Shown here piece by piece: positions 1 to 9,514 of a DNA stretch of 64,000 nucleotides. Position numbers and translations under genes: made by a program. The stretch is taken from NCBI RefSeq assembly GCF_000027125.1, contig NC_017626.1; one strand, 5' to 3'. This DNA comes from Escherichia coli 042 (GTDB lineage: Bacteria > Pseudomonadota > Gammaproteobacteria > Enterobacterales > Enterobacteriaceae). The notes beneath the pieces are model-generated. The model saw only the letters and a list, made by a program, of their open reading frames with translations, was not told where the DNA came from and did not search any database. Position 1 is the first letter of the stretch. Every line of letters starts with the position of its first letter.

Positions 1-99
1 AAAGGACGGATTAAGATTTGCGTCGATTGCCACAGCGATCAGCGTACCAATCCGAACTTTAACCCGGCGTCTGTTCCGTTGCTTAAGGAGCAGCCATGA
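1..99 (+). CDS. nrfB: Pentaheme c-type cytochrome NrfB, C-terminal fragment (5' end lies upstream of window)
   Basis: Frame 1 is open from base 1 and encodes ...[10 protein letters not shown]... with a CXXCH heme-binding motif; stop TGA at 97-99 overlaps the nrfC ATG (ATGA). Position upstream of nrfC matches the nrf operon order. Confidence 0.8.
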
Positions 100-767
100 C
101 CTGGTCTCGTCGCCAGTTTCTCACCGGCGTCGGCGTGCTGGCAGCCGTCAGCGGCACCGCAGGACGCGTGGTGGCGAAAACGTTGAATATCAATGGGGTG
201 CGTTACGGCATGGTGCATGACGAGTCGTTATGCATCGGCTGTACCGCCTGTATGGATGCTTGTCGGGAAGTGAACAAGGTGCCGGAAGGTGCCTCGCGCC
301 TGACGATTATTCGTAGCGAGCCGCAGGGCGAATTTCCTGATGTGAAATATCGCTTCTTCCGTAAGTCTTGCCAGCACTGCGATCATGCGCCGTGCGTTGA
401 CGTCTGCCCGACCGGTGCGTCTTTTCGTGATGCCGCTAGCGGGATTGTCGATGTTAATCCGGATCTCTGCGTCGGTTGTCAGTACTGCATCGCCGCCTGT
501 CCGTACCGCGTGCGCTTTATCCATCCGGTCACGAAGACAGCGGACAAATGCGATTTCTGCCGTAAGACCAATTTGCAGGCCGGTAAGCTGCCCGCGTGCG
601 TTGAAGCTTGCCCGACGAAGGCGCTGACGTTTGGCAATCTGGACGATCCCAACAGTGAGATTTCGCAACTGCTGCGCCAGAAGCCCACTTACCGCTACAA
701 GCTGGCGCTGGGAACCAAACCGAAGCTGTACCGCGTACCGTTTAAATACGGGGAGGTGAGCCAATGA
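96..767 (+). CDS. nrfC: NrfC, 4Fe-4S ferredoxin-type subunit of formate-dependent nitrite reductase
   Basis: 223 aa ORF; N-terminal twin-arginine motif (RRQFLTG); multiple CxxCxxCxxxCP Fe-S cluster motifs; operon context. Confidence 0.95.
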
Positions 768-1720
768 CGCAGACTTCCGCATTTCATTTTGAATCGCTGG
801 TGTGGGACTGGCCGATTGCCATCTACCTGTTTTTGATTGGTATTTCTGCTGGTCTGGTGACGCTGGCCGTGCTGTTACGTCGCTTCTACCCGCAGGCGGG
901 CGGTGCAGACAGTACGTTGCTGCGCACCACGCTGATTGTCGGGCCTGGCGCGGTGATCCTCGGTCTGTTGATCCTCGTCTTCCACCTGACAAAGCCGTGG
1001 ACCTTCTGGAAGCTGATGTTCCACTACAGTTTTACCTCGGTGATGTCGATGGGGGTGATGCTGTTTCAGCTCTACATGGTGGTGCTGGTGCTATGGCTGG
1101 CGAAAATCTTTGAACATGATTTGCTTGCCCTGCAACAACGCTGGTTGCCGAAGCTGGGGATCGTACAAAAGGTTCTGAGCCTGCTAACGCCCGTTCATCG
1201 CGGACTGGAAACATTGATGCTGGTGCTGGCGGTAATGCTGGGGGCTTATACCGGCTTTCTGCTATCGGCGCTGAAATCGTATCCGTTCCTCAATAACCCG
1301 ATCCTGCCGGTGTTGTTCCTCTTCTCCGGCATCTCGTCCGGTGCGGCGGTGGCGCTGATCGCCATAGCGGTACGCCAACGCAGTAACCCGCATTCCACGG
1401 AAGCGCACTTTGTACACCGTATGGAGATCCCTGTGGTATGGGGCGAAATCTTCCTGCTGGTGGCGTTTTTTGTCGGACTGGCCCTGGGCGATGACGGTAA
1501 AGTGCGTGCGCTGGTGGCGGCATTGGGCGGCGGTTTCTGGACGTGGTGGTTCTGGCTTGGTGTCGCCGGGCTGGGGCTGATTGTGCCAATGTTGCTCAAA
1601 CCGTGGGTCAATCGCAGTTCCGGCATTCCTGCCGTGCTGGCGGCGTGTGGGGCCAGCCTGGTCGGCGTGTTGATGTTGCGATTTTTCATTCTCTACGCCG
1701 GGCAGTTAACGGTGGCGTAA
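764..1720 (+). CDS. nrfD: NrfD, integral membrane quinol-oxidising subunit
   Basis: 318 aa highly hydrophobic ORF; start overlaps nrfC stop (ATGA); operon context. Confidence 0.95.
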   Translation: MTQTSAFHFESLVWDWPIAIYLFLIGISAGLVTLAVLLRRFYPQAGGADSTLLRTTLIVGPGAVILGLLILVFHLTKPWTFWKLMFHYSFTSVMSMGVMLFQLYMVVLVLWLAKIFEHDLLALQQRWLPKLGIVQKVLSLLTPVHRGLETLMLVLAVMLGAYTGFLLSALKSYPFLNNPILPVLFLFSGISSGAAVALIAIAVRQRSNPHSTEAHFVHRMEIPVVWGEIFLLVAFFVGLALGDDGKVRALVAALGGGFWTWWFWLGVAGLGLIVPMLLKPWVNRSSGIPAVLAACGASLVGVLMLRFFILYAGQLTVA

Positions 1721-1775
1721 GCCAGAACAGAGGTGGTTTCTGGACGTATTCCTTCCTGAAGTCGGTTTTCTGGCG

Positions 1776-3458
1776 TTGTTGTTAAGTCTCGGGGTCAACG
1801 TGTTGACCCCGTTGACGGCCTTCGCGGGAGTGCGGTTGCGCTGGCCTGCCATGATGCGACTCACTTGCATCGGCATTCTGGCGCAGTTCGCGCTCCTGCT
1901 GCTCGCCTTTGGCGTACTGACGTATTGTTTTCTCATCAGCGATTTCTCGGTTATTTATGTCGCCCAACATAGCTACAGCCTGCTGTCGTGGGAACTCAAA
2001 CTGGCAGCGGTGTGGGGCGGTCATGAAGGTTCGCTGCTGCTTTGGGTGCTGCTGCTTTCCGCCTGGAGCGCGCTGTTTGCCTGGCATTATCGGCAGCAAA
2101 CCGATCCGCTATTTCCGCTGACGCTAGCCGTTTTATCTCTCATGCTCGCCGCACTGCTACTGTTTGTGGTGCTGTGGTCCGATCCCTTCGTGCGGATATT
2201 TCCACCAGCAATCGAAGGCCGCGATCTCAATCCGATGCTGCAACATCCCGGTCTTATCTTCCATCCGCCGCTGCTTTATCTCGGCTATGGCGGTTTGATG
2301 GTGGCGGCGAGCGTGGCGCTGGGGAGTTTACTGCGCGGCGAGTTTGATGGTGCCAGCGCCCGAATTTGCTGGCGCTGGGCACTACCTGGCTGGAGTGCAT
2401 TAACGGCGGGGATCATCCTCGGTTCCTGGTGGGCCTATTGCGAACTGGGCTGGGGCGGCTGGTGGTTCTGGGATCCGGTGGAAAACGCCTCTTTATTACC
2501 CTGGCTTTCTGCCACTGCGCTGCTGCACAGTTTATCCCTGACACGCCAGCGGGGGATTTTCCGCCACTGGTCGCTGTTGCTGGCGATAGTTACTCTGATG
2601 CTGTCGCTGCTGGGCACCTTAATTGTCCGTTCTGGCATTCTGGTTTCGGTTCATGCGTTCGCACTGGATAACGTCCGCGCCGTGCCGTTGTTCGGCCTGT
2701 TTGCACTGATTAGCCTTTCGTCTCTGGCTCTGTATGGCTGGCGAGCGCGGGACGGTGGCCCGGCGGTGCGTTTTTCGGGATTATCGCGGGAAATGTTAAT
2801 CCTCGCTACGCTGTTGCTGTTTTGCGCAGTGCTATTGATCGTGCTGGTGGGAACGCTTTATCCGATGATTTACGGCCTGCTGGGCTGGGGACGCCTCTCC
2901 GTTGGCGCGCCGTATTTTAACCGCGCGACGTTACCGTTTGGTCTGTTGATGCTGGTGGTGATTGTGCTGGCGACGTTTGTCTCTGGCAAACGCGTGCACC
3001 TTCCGGCGCTGGTAGCTCATGCGGGCGTGCTGTTATTTGCCGCAGGGATCGTGGTCTCCAGCGTCAGCCGTCAGGAGATCAGCCTGAATTTACAGCCGGG
3101 TCAGCAGGTGACGCTGGCAGGATACACCTTCCGTTTTGAGCGCCTCGATCTGCAAGCCAAAGGCAATTACACCAGCGAAAAAGCGATAGTGGCGCTGTTT
3201 GACCATCAGCAACGCATTGGTGAATTAACGCCGGAGCGGCGTTTTTACGAAGCACGTCGTCAGCAAATGATGGAGCCGTCAATTCGCTGGAATGGTATCC
3301 ATGACTGGTATGCGGTCATGGGCGAGAAAACCGGATCGGATCGTTACGCTTTTCGTTTGTATGTACAATGCGGTGTGCGCTGGATCTGGGGGGGAGGATT
3401 GTTGATGATTGCGGGCGCATTGTTAAGCGGATGGCGGGGGAGGAAGCGCGATGAATAA
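1776..3458 (+). CDS. nrfE: NrfE, CcmF-like cytochrome c heme lyase component
   Basis: 560 aa polytopic membrane ORF with CcmF-like tryptophan-rich region (WGGWWFWDPVENASLLPW); exact start codon uncertain. Confidence 0.9.
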   Translation: MLLSLGVNVLTPLTAFAGVRLRWPAMMRLTCIGILAQFALLLLAFGVLTYCFLISDFSVIYVAQHSYSLLSWELKLAAVWGGHEGSLLLWVLLLSAWSALFAWHYRQQTDPLFPLTLAVLSLMLAALLLFVVLWSDPFVRIFPPAIEGRDLNPMLQHPGLIFHPPLLYLGYGGLMVAASVALGSLLRGEFDGASARICWRWALPGWSALTAGIILGSWWAYCELGWGGWWFWDPVENASLLPWLSATALLHSLSLTRQRGIFRHWSLLLAIVTLMLSLLGTLIVRSGILVSVHAFALDNVRAVPLFGLFALISLSSLALYGWRARDGGPAVRFSGLSREMLILATLLLFCAVLLIVLVGTLYPMIYGLLGWGRLSVGAPYFNRATLPFGLLMLVVIVLATFVSGKRVHLPALVAHAGVLLFAAGIVVSSVSRQEISLNLQPGQQVTLAGYTFRFERLDLQAKGNYTSEKAIVALFDHQQRIGELTPERRFYEARRQQMMEPSIRWNGIHDWYAVMGEKTGSDRYAFRLYVQCGVRWIWGGGLLMIAGALLSGWRGRKRDE

Positions 3459-3834
3459 AGGGCTTCTCACGCTACTGCTGTTATTTACCTGTTTTGCGCG
3501 CGCTCAGGTTGTAGACACCTGGCAATTCGCTAATCCGCAACAACAGGAACAGGCGTTAAATATTGCCAGCCAGTTACGCTGCCCGCAGTGCCAGAATCAG
3601 AACTTACTGGAATCCAATGCGCCGGTGGCAGTCAGTATGCGCCATCAGGTTTACAGCATGGTGGAAGAGGGGAAAAGTGAAGTCGAAATAATTGGCTGGA
3701 TGACCGAACGCTACGGAGATTTTGTTCGCTATAACCCACCGTTAACCGGTCAGACTCTGGTGTTGTGGGCGCTGCCAGTGGTGTTGTTACTGCTGATGAT
3801 ACTGATCCTCTGGCGAGTGAGGGCGAAGCGATGA
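3451..3834 (+). CDS. nrfF: NrfF, CcmH-like thiol-disulfide heme lyase component
   Basis: 127 aa; signal peptide; LRCPQCQNQ redox motif typical of CcmH; overlaps nrfE end. Confidence 0.9.
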   Translation: MNKGLLTLLLLFTCFARAQVVDTWQFANPQQQEQALNIASQLRCPQCQNQNLLESNAPVAVSMRHQVYSMVEEGKSEVEIIGWMTERYGDFVRYNPPLTGQTLVLWALPVVLLLLMILILWRVRAKR

Positions 3835-4427
3835 AACAGCCTCAAATACCGGTGAAAATGCTGACAACACTCACGATTTTGATGGTATTTCTCTGTGTCG
3901 GCAGTTATCTGTTAAGTCCAAAATGGCAGGCGGTACGTGCGGAGTATCAGCGTCAGCGCGATCCGCTACATCAGTTTGCCAGCCAGCAAACCCCGGAAGC
4001 GCAGCTTCAGGCATTGCAGGATAAAATCCGCGCTAATCCACAAAACAGCGAACAATGGGCGTTACTGGGCGAGTATTATCTGTGGCAAAACGATTACAGC
4101 AATTCGCTGCTGGCGTACCGTCAGGCGTTGCAACTACGTGGTGAGAACGCTGAACTGTATGCGGCGCTGGCGACGGTGCTTTATTACCAGGCCAGCCAGC
4201 ATATGACCGCCCAGACTCGCGCAATGATCGACAAAGCCCTCGCGCTGGACTCTAACGAAATCACCGCTCTGATGCTGCTGGCTTCCGATGCGTTTATGCA
4301 GGCGAATTACGCGCAAGCCATCGAACTATGGCAAAAAGTGATGGATCTCAACTCACCCCGGATCAACCGGACACAGCTGGTCGAGTCGATTAATATGGCG
4401 AAATTGTTGCAGCGGAGATCATATTAA
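3831..4427 (+). CDS. nrfG: NrfG, TPR-repeat heme lyase accessory protein
   Basis: ATG at 3831 overlaps nrfF stop (ATGA), giving 198 aa; the ORF track begins at an internal Met (3765) in the same frame; TPR-like repeats. Confidence 0.85.
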   Translation: MKQPQIPVKMLTTLTILMVFLCVGSYLLSPKWQAVRAEYQRQRDPLHQFASQQTPEAQLQALQDKIRANPQNSEQWALLGEYYLWQNDYSNSLLAYRQALQLRGENAELYAALATVLYYQASQHMTAQTRAMIDKALALDSNEITALMLLASDAFMQANYAQAIELWQKVMDLNSPRINRTQLVESINMAKLLQRRSY

Positions 4428-4768
4428 TCATCTGGTGATGAAGATTATGTTATTGAGCTGCATAAAAAATAATCGAATGAACATATGCCAAAAATAATCA
4501 CCAATCAGTATTATTGCAGATTAAACAAATAAAAATCTTTCCATAACAAATGGTTATTCATTAATCCTGCCATAAACTCGCGTTATTATGCATTAATGCA
4601 GCGAAAAGCTCTGTTGTTAAAGGGTTGCGCAACATACCGCGCAAATGATACTGATCATAAGCGTTAAAAAAATCTACAAACCAACGCAACACAATTCATG
4701 CCCTGGCAGTATGTCACGTTCTCGCGTTTCTGAACGGGGAACGGCGCTCCATTGAGGAAGTCATTCAT

Positions 4769-6082
4769 ATGAAAAATATAAAATTCAGCCTGGCCTGGCA
4801 GATTCTGTTTGCTATGGTGCTGGGCATTCTCCTGGGAAGCTACCTGCACTACCATAGCGACAGCCGCGACTGGCTGGTCGTCAATTTGCTCTCTCCGGCG
4901 GGTGATATCTTCATCCATCTGATCAAAATGATTGTTGTGCCGATTGTGATCTCCACGCTGGTGGTGGGTATCGCGGGTGTTGGTGATGCCAAACAGCTCG
5001 GGCGTATTGGCGCGAAAACCATTATTTACTTCGAGGTGATCACCACCGTCGCCATCATTTTGGGGATCACTCTGGCGAACGTCTTCCAGCCCGGTGCCGG
5101 GGTGGATATGTCGCAGCTGGCGACCGTCGATATCTCGAAATATCAGAGCACTACGGAAGCGGTACAAAGCAGTTCCCACGGCATTATGGGCACGATTTTG
5201 TCGCTGGTGCCGACGAACATTGTGGCGTCGATGGCGAAAGGCGAAATGCTGCCGATCATCTTCTTCTCGGTGCTGTTTGGTCTGGGGCTTTCCTCCCTGC
5301 CCGCGACGCATCGTGAACCGCTGGTGACCGTGTTCCGCTCCATCTCTGAAACCATGTTTAAAGTGACTCATATGGTGATGCGTTATGCGCCGGTGGGTGT
5401 GTTTGCGCTGATTGCGGTGACGGTGGCTAACTTTGGTTTCTCGTCTCTGTGGCCACTGGCGAAACTGGTGCTGCTGGTGCATTTCGCCATTCTGTTCTTC
5501 GCGCTGGTAGTGCTGGGAATTGTGGCGCGCCTGTGCGGGTTAAGCGTCTGGATCCTGATTCGTATTCTGAAAGATGAGCTGATTCTGGCGTACTCCACTG
5601 CCAGCTCTGAAAGCGTGCTGCCGCGAATTATTGAGAAGATGGAAGCCTACGGTGCACCGGCGTCGATCACCAGTTTCGTGGTGCCGACCGGTTACTCTTT
5701 TAACCTTGATGGTTCGACGCTGTATCAAAGTATTGCCGCTATTTTCATCGCTCAGCTGTATGGCATTGACCTGTCCATCTGGCAGGAAATCATTCTGGTA
5801 CTGACGCTGATGGTGACCTCGAAAGGGATTGCTGGAGTGCCGGGCGTGTCGTTTGTGGTGTTGCTGGCAACGCTGGGCAGCGTAGGGATCCCGCTGGAAG
5901 GTCTGGCGTTTATTGCCGGTGTTGACCGTATCCTCGACATGGCGCGTACTGCGCTGAACGTGGTGGGTAATGCGCTGGCGGTGCTGGTGATTGCCAAGTG
6001 GGAACACAAATTTGACCGTAAGAAAGCGCTGGCTTATGAGCGCGAAGTGCTGGGCAAATTTGATAAAACTGCGGATCAATAA
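4769..6082 (+). CDS. gltP: Glutamate/aspartate:proton symporter
   Basis: 437 aa polytopic membrane protein recognised as GltP (DAACS family); AGGA-containing RBS upstream. Confidence 0.95.
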   Translation: MKNIKFSLAWQILFAMVLGILLGSYLHYHSDSRDWLVVNLLSPAGDIFIHLIKMIVVPIVISTLVVGIAGVGDAKQLGRIGAKTIIYFEVITTVAIILGITLANVFQPGAGVDMSQLATVDISKYQSTTEAVQSSSHGIMGTILSLVPTNIVASMAKGEMLPIIFFSVLFGLGLSSLPATHREPLVTVFRSISETMFKVTHMVMRYAPVGVFALIAVTVANFGFSSLWPLAKLVLLVHFAILFFALVVLGIVARLCGLSVWILIRILKDELILAYSTASSESVLPRIIEKMEAYGAPASITSFVVPTGYSFNLDGSTLYQSIAAIFIAQLYGIDLSIWQEIILVLTLMVTSKGIAGVPGVSFVVLLATLGSVGIPLEGLAFIAGVDRILDMARTALNVVGNALAVLVIAKWEHKFDRKKALAYEREVLGKFDKTADQ

Positions 6083-6117
6083 TTGAAGATTGCCGGGGAT
6101 ATCCACCCGGCAATGTG

Positions 6118-6388
6118 TGGATGCCTGATGCGACGCTTGCCGCGTCTTATCAGGCCTACGCTAGACTGCGCAATAGCTTGATTTAGGGTGATTTTGTAGG
6201 TCGGATAAGGCGTTTACGCCGCATCCGACATCAATATCTGATGCGACGCTTACCGCGTCTTATCAGGCCTACGCCAGACTGCGCAATAGCCTGATTTAGC
6301 GTGATTTTGTAGGTCGGATAAGGCGTTTACGCCGCATCCGACATCAATGCCTGATGCGACGCTTGTCGCGTCTTATCAGGCCTACCTT
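6118..6388. repeat. REP/BIME cluster: about 2.3 tandem copies of a ~116-120 bp unit, each containing inverted REP palindromes
   Basis: Directly visible repetition of gatgcgacgcttgccgcgtcttatcaggcctac... and gtaggtcggataaggcgtttacgccgcatccgaca; REP consensus-like sequence between convergent gltP and yjcO. Confidence 0.85.
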
Positions 6389-7076
6389 AACCGTTGGTTA
6401 ATTTCTCAAACTCTTCACAACCGGTATCAAACCCTTCCATACAGCTCAGGTTCAGCCAGTGCAGCGCCTTTTGCTTGTTCTTCTCGATAAAACCTTCTTC
6501 ACCGTTTAAGAACATCATTCCCGCCCAGTACTCGGAATAACCGGTTCGGGAAATCGCAGAGCTGCGTTTGAAATACCAGGTTGCCTTGTCATCGTCGGCC
6601 TTAATGCCCACGCCGTTGGCGTAAATCAAACCAAGCAGCATTTGGGCATCGACGGCAGAGTCGTTCTCCAGATCTTCCGAAGCGTTTTCTAACAGCGAAA
6701 TCGCCTTTGGATAATCCGGTTTACCCGCTTGCGTATTTACCAGAATATGCGCCAGCGTTACTTCACCTTCTTTACTCCCCGCTTGCGCTGCTTTCTCTGC
6801 AAGAACTTTTGCTTGTGGATAGTCCAGACTGACCGGATTGGTGATTTTGATCTGCGCCAACAGCGCGCAGGCATCAGCATCACCGCTGTCGGCGGCTTTC
6901 TGTGCCCAATATTCGGCTTTGCTCAAATCGCCGGAGCTAAACCAGCTGTCGGCAAGAAAATATTGTGCGCGTCGGTCCCCGGCCTCTGCTGCCTTTAAAT
7001 ACTGGCTGCCAGGCTCGGAGTCGTTCGCGTGGGCAAAGAATGTCAAAAACAACATCAATGCGATAATTTTTTTCAT
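6387..7076 (-). CDS. yjcO: Sel1-repeat (TPR-like) periplasmic protein
   Basis: 229 aa with signal peptide (MKKIIALMLFLTFFAHA) and repeated Sel1-like motifs; position between gltP and fdhF. Confidence 0.85.
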   Translation of the reverse strand: MKKIIALMLFLTFFAHANDSEPGSQYLKAAEAGDRRAQYFLADSWFSSGDLSKAEYWAQKAADSGDADACALLAQIKITNPVSLDYPQAKVLAEKAAQAGSKEGEVTLAHILVNTQAGKPDYPKAISLLENASEDLENDSAVDAQMLLGLIYANGVGIKADDDKATWYFKRSSAISRTGYSEYWAGMMFLNGEEGFIEKNKQKALHWLNLSCMEGFDTGCEEFEKLTNG

Positions 7077-7169
7077 TTTGATAATACGATTGGGTAGGGA
7101 GTAACCAGTATAAAGAGTTCGAATGGATAAAAAAACAGCCTCCGGAAGGAGGCTGTAGAAAGGACTGTA

Positions 7170-9317
7170 TTACGCCAGTGCCGCTTCGCGCAGGCGAGTT
7201 TTCAACTTGTTGTACTCGTCAATCACGTACTGCTCGGCGGCGCGCTGATCGGCGATCGACTCGACGCGCACGGCGCAGTATTTGTATTCCGGCGTTTTCG
7301 TAATCGGGCTTAAGTTTTCGGTAACCAGCTCGTTACAGGCACCAATCCACCACTGGTAGGTCATATAAATCGCCCCTTTGTTCGGACGATCGCTGACCTG
7401 CGCACGGGTGATAATTTTGCCTTTACGCGAGTGCACCCAAACCAATGCCTCATCTTCAATACCCAGACGTTTGGCGTCTTCGGTATTGATTTGTGCGTAG
7501 CCAGGTTCATCAGCCAGCGCCGCCAGTGCCGCACAGTTACCGGTCATCGAACGGCAAGAGTAGTGACCAACTTCACGCACCGTTGACAGTACCATCGGAT
7601 ACTCGTCGGTGAGTTTGTCGATTGGCGCTACCCAGTCGCAGGTGAAGAACTGCGCCAGACCGTTCGGGGTATCAAACTTCTCTTTAAACAGATAAGAAGT
7701 CCCCTGATCGGCATCTGAAGTATCGCGGCAAGGCCACTGAATGAAGCCCAGTTCGCCCATTTTCTCGTAAGTCGCACCGTAGAAATCCGGGCACAGATGA
7801 CGCAACTCATCCCAGATCTCCTGGGTGTTGTTGTAGTGCATCGGATAACCCATACGAGTGGCAATTTCACTGATGATTTGCCAGTCCGTTTTCAGATCCC
7901 ATTTCGGTTCAACTGCTTTGAAGAAACGCTGGAAGCCACGGTCAGCCGCAGTAAACACGCCTTCATGCTCGCCCCACGACGTTGACGGTAAAATAACATC
8001 CGCCGCCGACGCGGTTTTGGTCATAAAGATGTCCTGAACGATAACCAGTTCCAGATCTTCAAAGGCTTTACGTACTGCCGACAGCTCCGCGTCAGTTTGC
8101 AGCGGATCTTCGCCCATAATGTACGCGGCACGCACTTCGCCATGCGCTGCGCGGTGCGGCAGCTCGCTGATGCGATAGCCGGTATGCGCTGGCAGGCTTT
8201 CCACGCCCCAGGCTTTGGCGAATTTCTCGCGGTTAGCCGGATCTTTCACGTACTGGTATCCCGGATACGTATCCGGCAGCGCGCCCATATCGCAGGCACC
8301 CTGCACGTTGTTCTGACCACGAACCGGGTTTACACCCGCATGCGGCTTACCGAGGTTACCGGTCAGCATCGCGAGGCTGGTCAGAGAACGCACGGTTTCC
8401 ACGCCCTGGTAGAACTGGGTTACACCCATGCCCCACAGGATGGCGGCGCTTTTCGCCTGGGCATACATCCGTGCCGCCTGACGAATCTCACTGGCGCTGA
8501 CGCCGGTGATATCTTCAACCGACTCCGGCGTGTAGCCTTCAACGATTTTACGATACTCTTCAAAGCCTTCTGTACGGGAAGCGACGAATGCTTTGTCGTA
8601 CAGATTTTCTTCAATAATGACATGGCCCATCGCATTCAACAGCGCGATGTTCGAGCCGTTTTTCAGTGCAATGTGGATGTCCGCAATGCGCGCGGTTTCA
8701 ATTTTGCGCGGATCGCAGACGATAATTTTCGCCCCGTTACGTTTAGCGTTAATTACGTGATTCGCCACGATTGGGTGGGAATCCGCCGGGTTGTACCCGA
8801 AAACGAACACTAAATCGGTATTATCAATTTCGTTAATAGCATTGCTCATTGCGCCATTACCGACCGATTGGTGCAGACCTGCAACCGATGGGCCGTGTCA
8901 GACACGAGCGCAGCAGTCAACGTTATTGGTACCAATAACGGCGCGCGCAAATTTTTGCATTACATAGTTGGTTTCGTTACCCGTACCACGCGAGGAGCCG
9001 GTCGTCTGGATGGCATCCGGACCGTACTTCTCTTTGATGGCGCTCAGGCGCTCGGCAACGTAATTCAGTGCCTCATCCCAGGAAACAGGTTCGAGTTTGC
9101 CGCCACGCTGGCGACGGATCATGGGGGTTTTCAGGCGCGGGGTCAGGATCTGGGTATCGTTAATGAAATCCCAGCCATAATAACCCTTCAGACACAGGGT
9201 ACCCTGGTTGGTTTTCCCCTGCGCTGCCTCCGCCCGGACGATTTTGCCGTTATCGACGACCAGGTTGATTTTGCAACCTGATGCGCAATAGGGGCAAACC
9301 GTGACGACTTTTTTCAT
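7170..9317 (-). CDS. fdhF: Formate dehydrogenase H (selenocysteine/molybdopterin enzyme); in-frame UGA at 8898-8900 decoded as Sec
   Basis: ORFs 8898..9317 and 7170..8849 are in the same frame, separated only by TGA (complement of tca at 8898-8900); together 715 codons; N-terminal Cys cluster (CPYCASGC). Confidence 0.95.
8850..8897 (-). other. SECIS mRNA stem-loop directing selenocysteine insertion at the fdhF UGA
   Basis: Immediately 3' of the UGA on the coding strand: CACGGCCCAUCGGUUGCAGGUCUGCACCAAUCGGUCGGUAAUGGCG, which I recognise as the fdhF SECIS hairpin. Confidence 0.85.
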
Positions 9318-9368
9318 CGGTCTCGCTCCAGTTAATCAAATCACGCATACGCGCTCTCGACTACAGTA

Positions 9369-9384
9369 TGCATCTTTTATGCCA
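9369..9384 (-). promoter_or_regulatory. Sigma-54 (-24/-12) promoter of fdhF
   Basis: Minus-strand sequence TGGCATAAAAGATGCA matches the TGGCAC-N5-TTGCA class with conserved GG and GC, about 55-70 bp upstream of the fdhF ATG. Confidence 0.8.
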
Positions 9385-9439
9385 CATTTTATTTGGGGTC
9401 ATTCCCTGATATTACGGGCACTATTTATTCAAAACTCTG

Positions 9440-9500
9440 ACGAAAAACAGGCTGTCGTCAGTTTTGACGTGACGAAACGAAATACCGCGTGACAGCCATC
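9440..9500 (-). promoter_or_regulatory. Putative FhlA upstream activating sequence for fdhF
   Basis: Cluster of repeated CGTCA/TGACG motifs (tttcgtcacgtcaaaactgacgacag) roughly 100 bp upstream of the sigma-54 promoter; exact site boundaries not resolved. Confidence 0.45.
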
Positions 9501-9514
9501 ACGCGGCAGACATT

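Noticed and set aside
3765-4427. Track-suggested nrfG start at 3765 (220 aa)
   Set aside because: An ATG at 3831, in the same frame, overlaps the nrfF stop (translational coupling) and gives the 198-aa size I recall; the 5' extension would run through the nrfF coding region.
4664-5482. 272-aa His/Arg-rich ORF on the minus strand
   Set aside because: Antisense to the 5' half of gltP; extreme composition (runs of H, R, Q) and no start context; a frame artefact.
6118-6388. Possible CRISPR array suggested by the regular repeats
   Set aside because: Repeat units are about 116-120 bp palindromic REP/BIME units with near-identical intervening sequence, not short repeats with unique spacers; no cas genes nearby.
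8097-8813. Long ORFs antisense to real genes (8097-8813 in fdhF, 14941-15840 in yjcS, 19331-20296 in phnM, 25656-26501 in phnE, 42118-43125 in adiA, 57645-58709 in cadA)
   Set aside because: Each lies entirely inside a well-supported gene on the opposite strand, has Arg/His/Gln-rich low-complexity composition typical of antisense frames, and has no RBS or recognisable domain.
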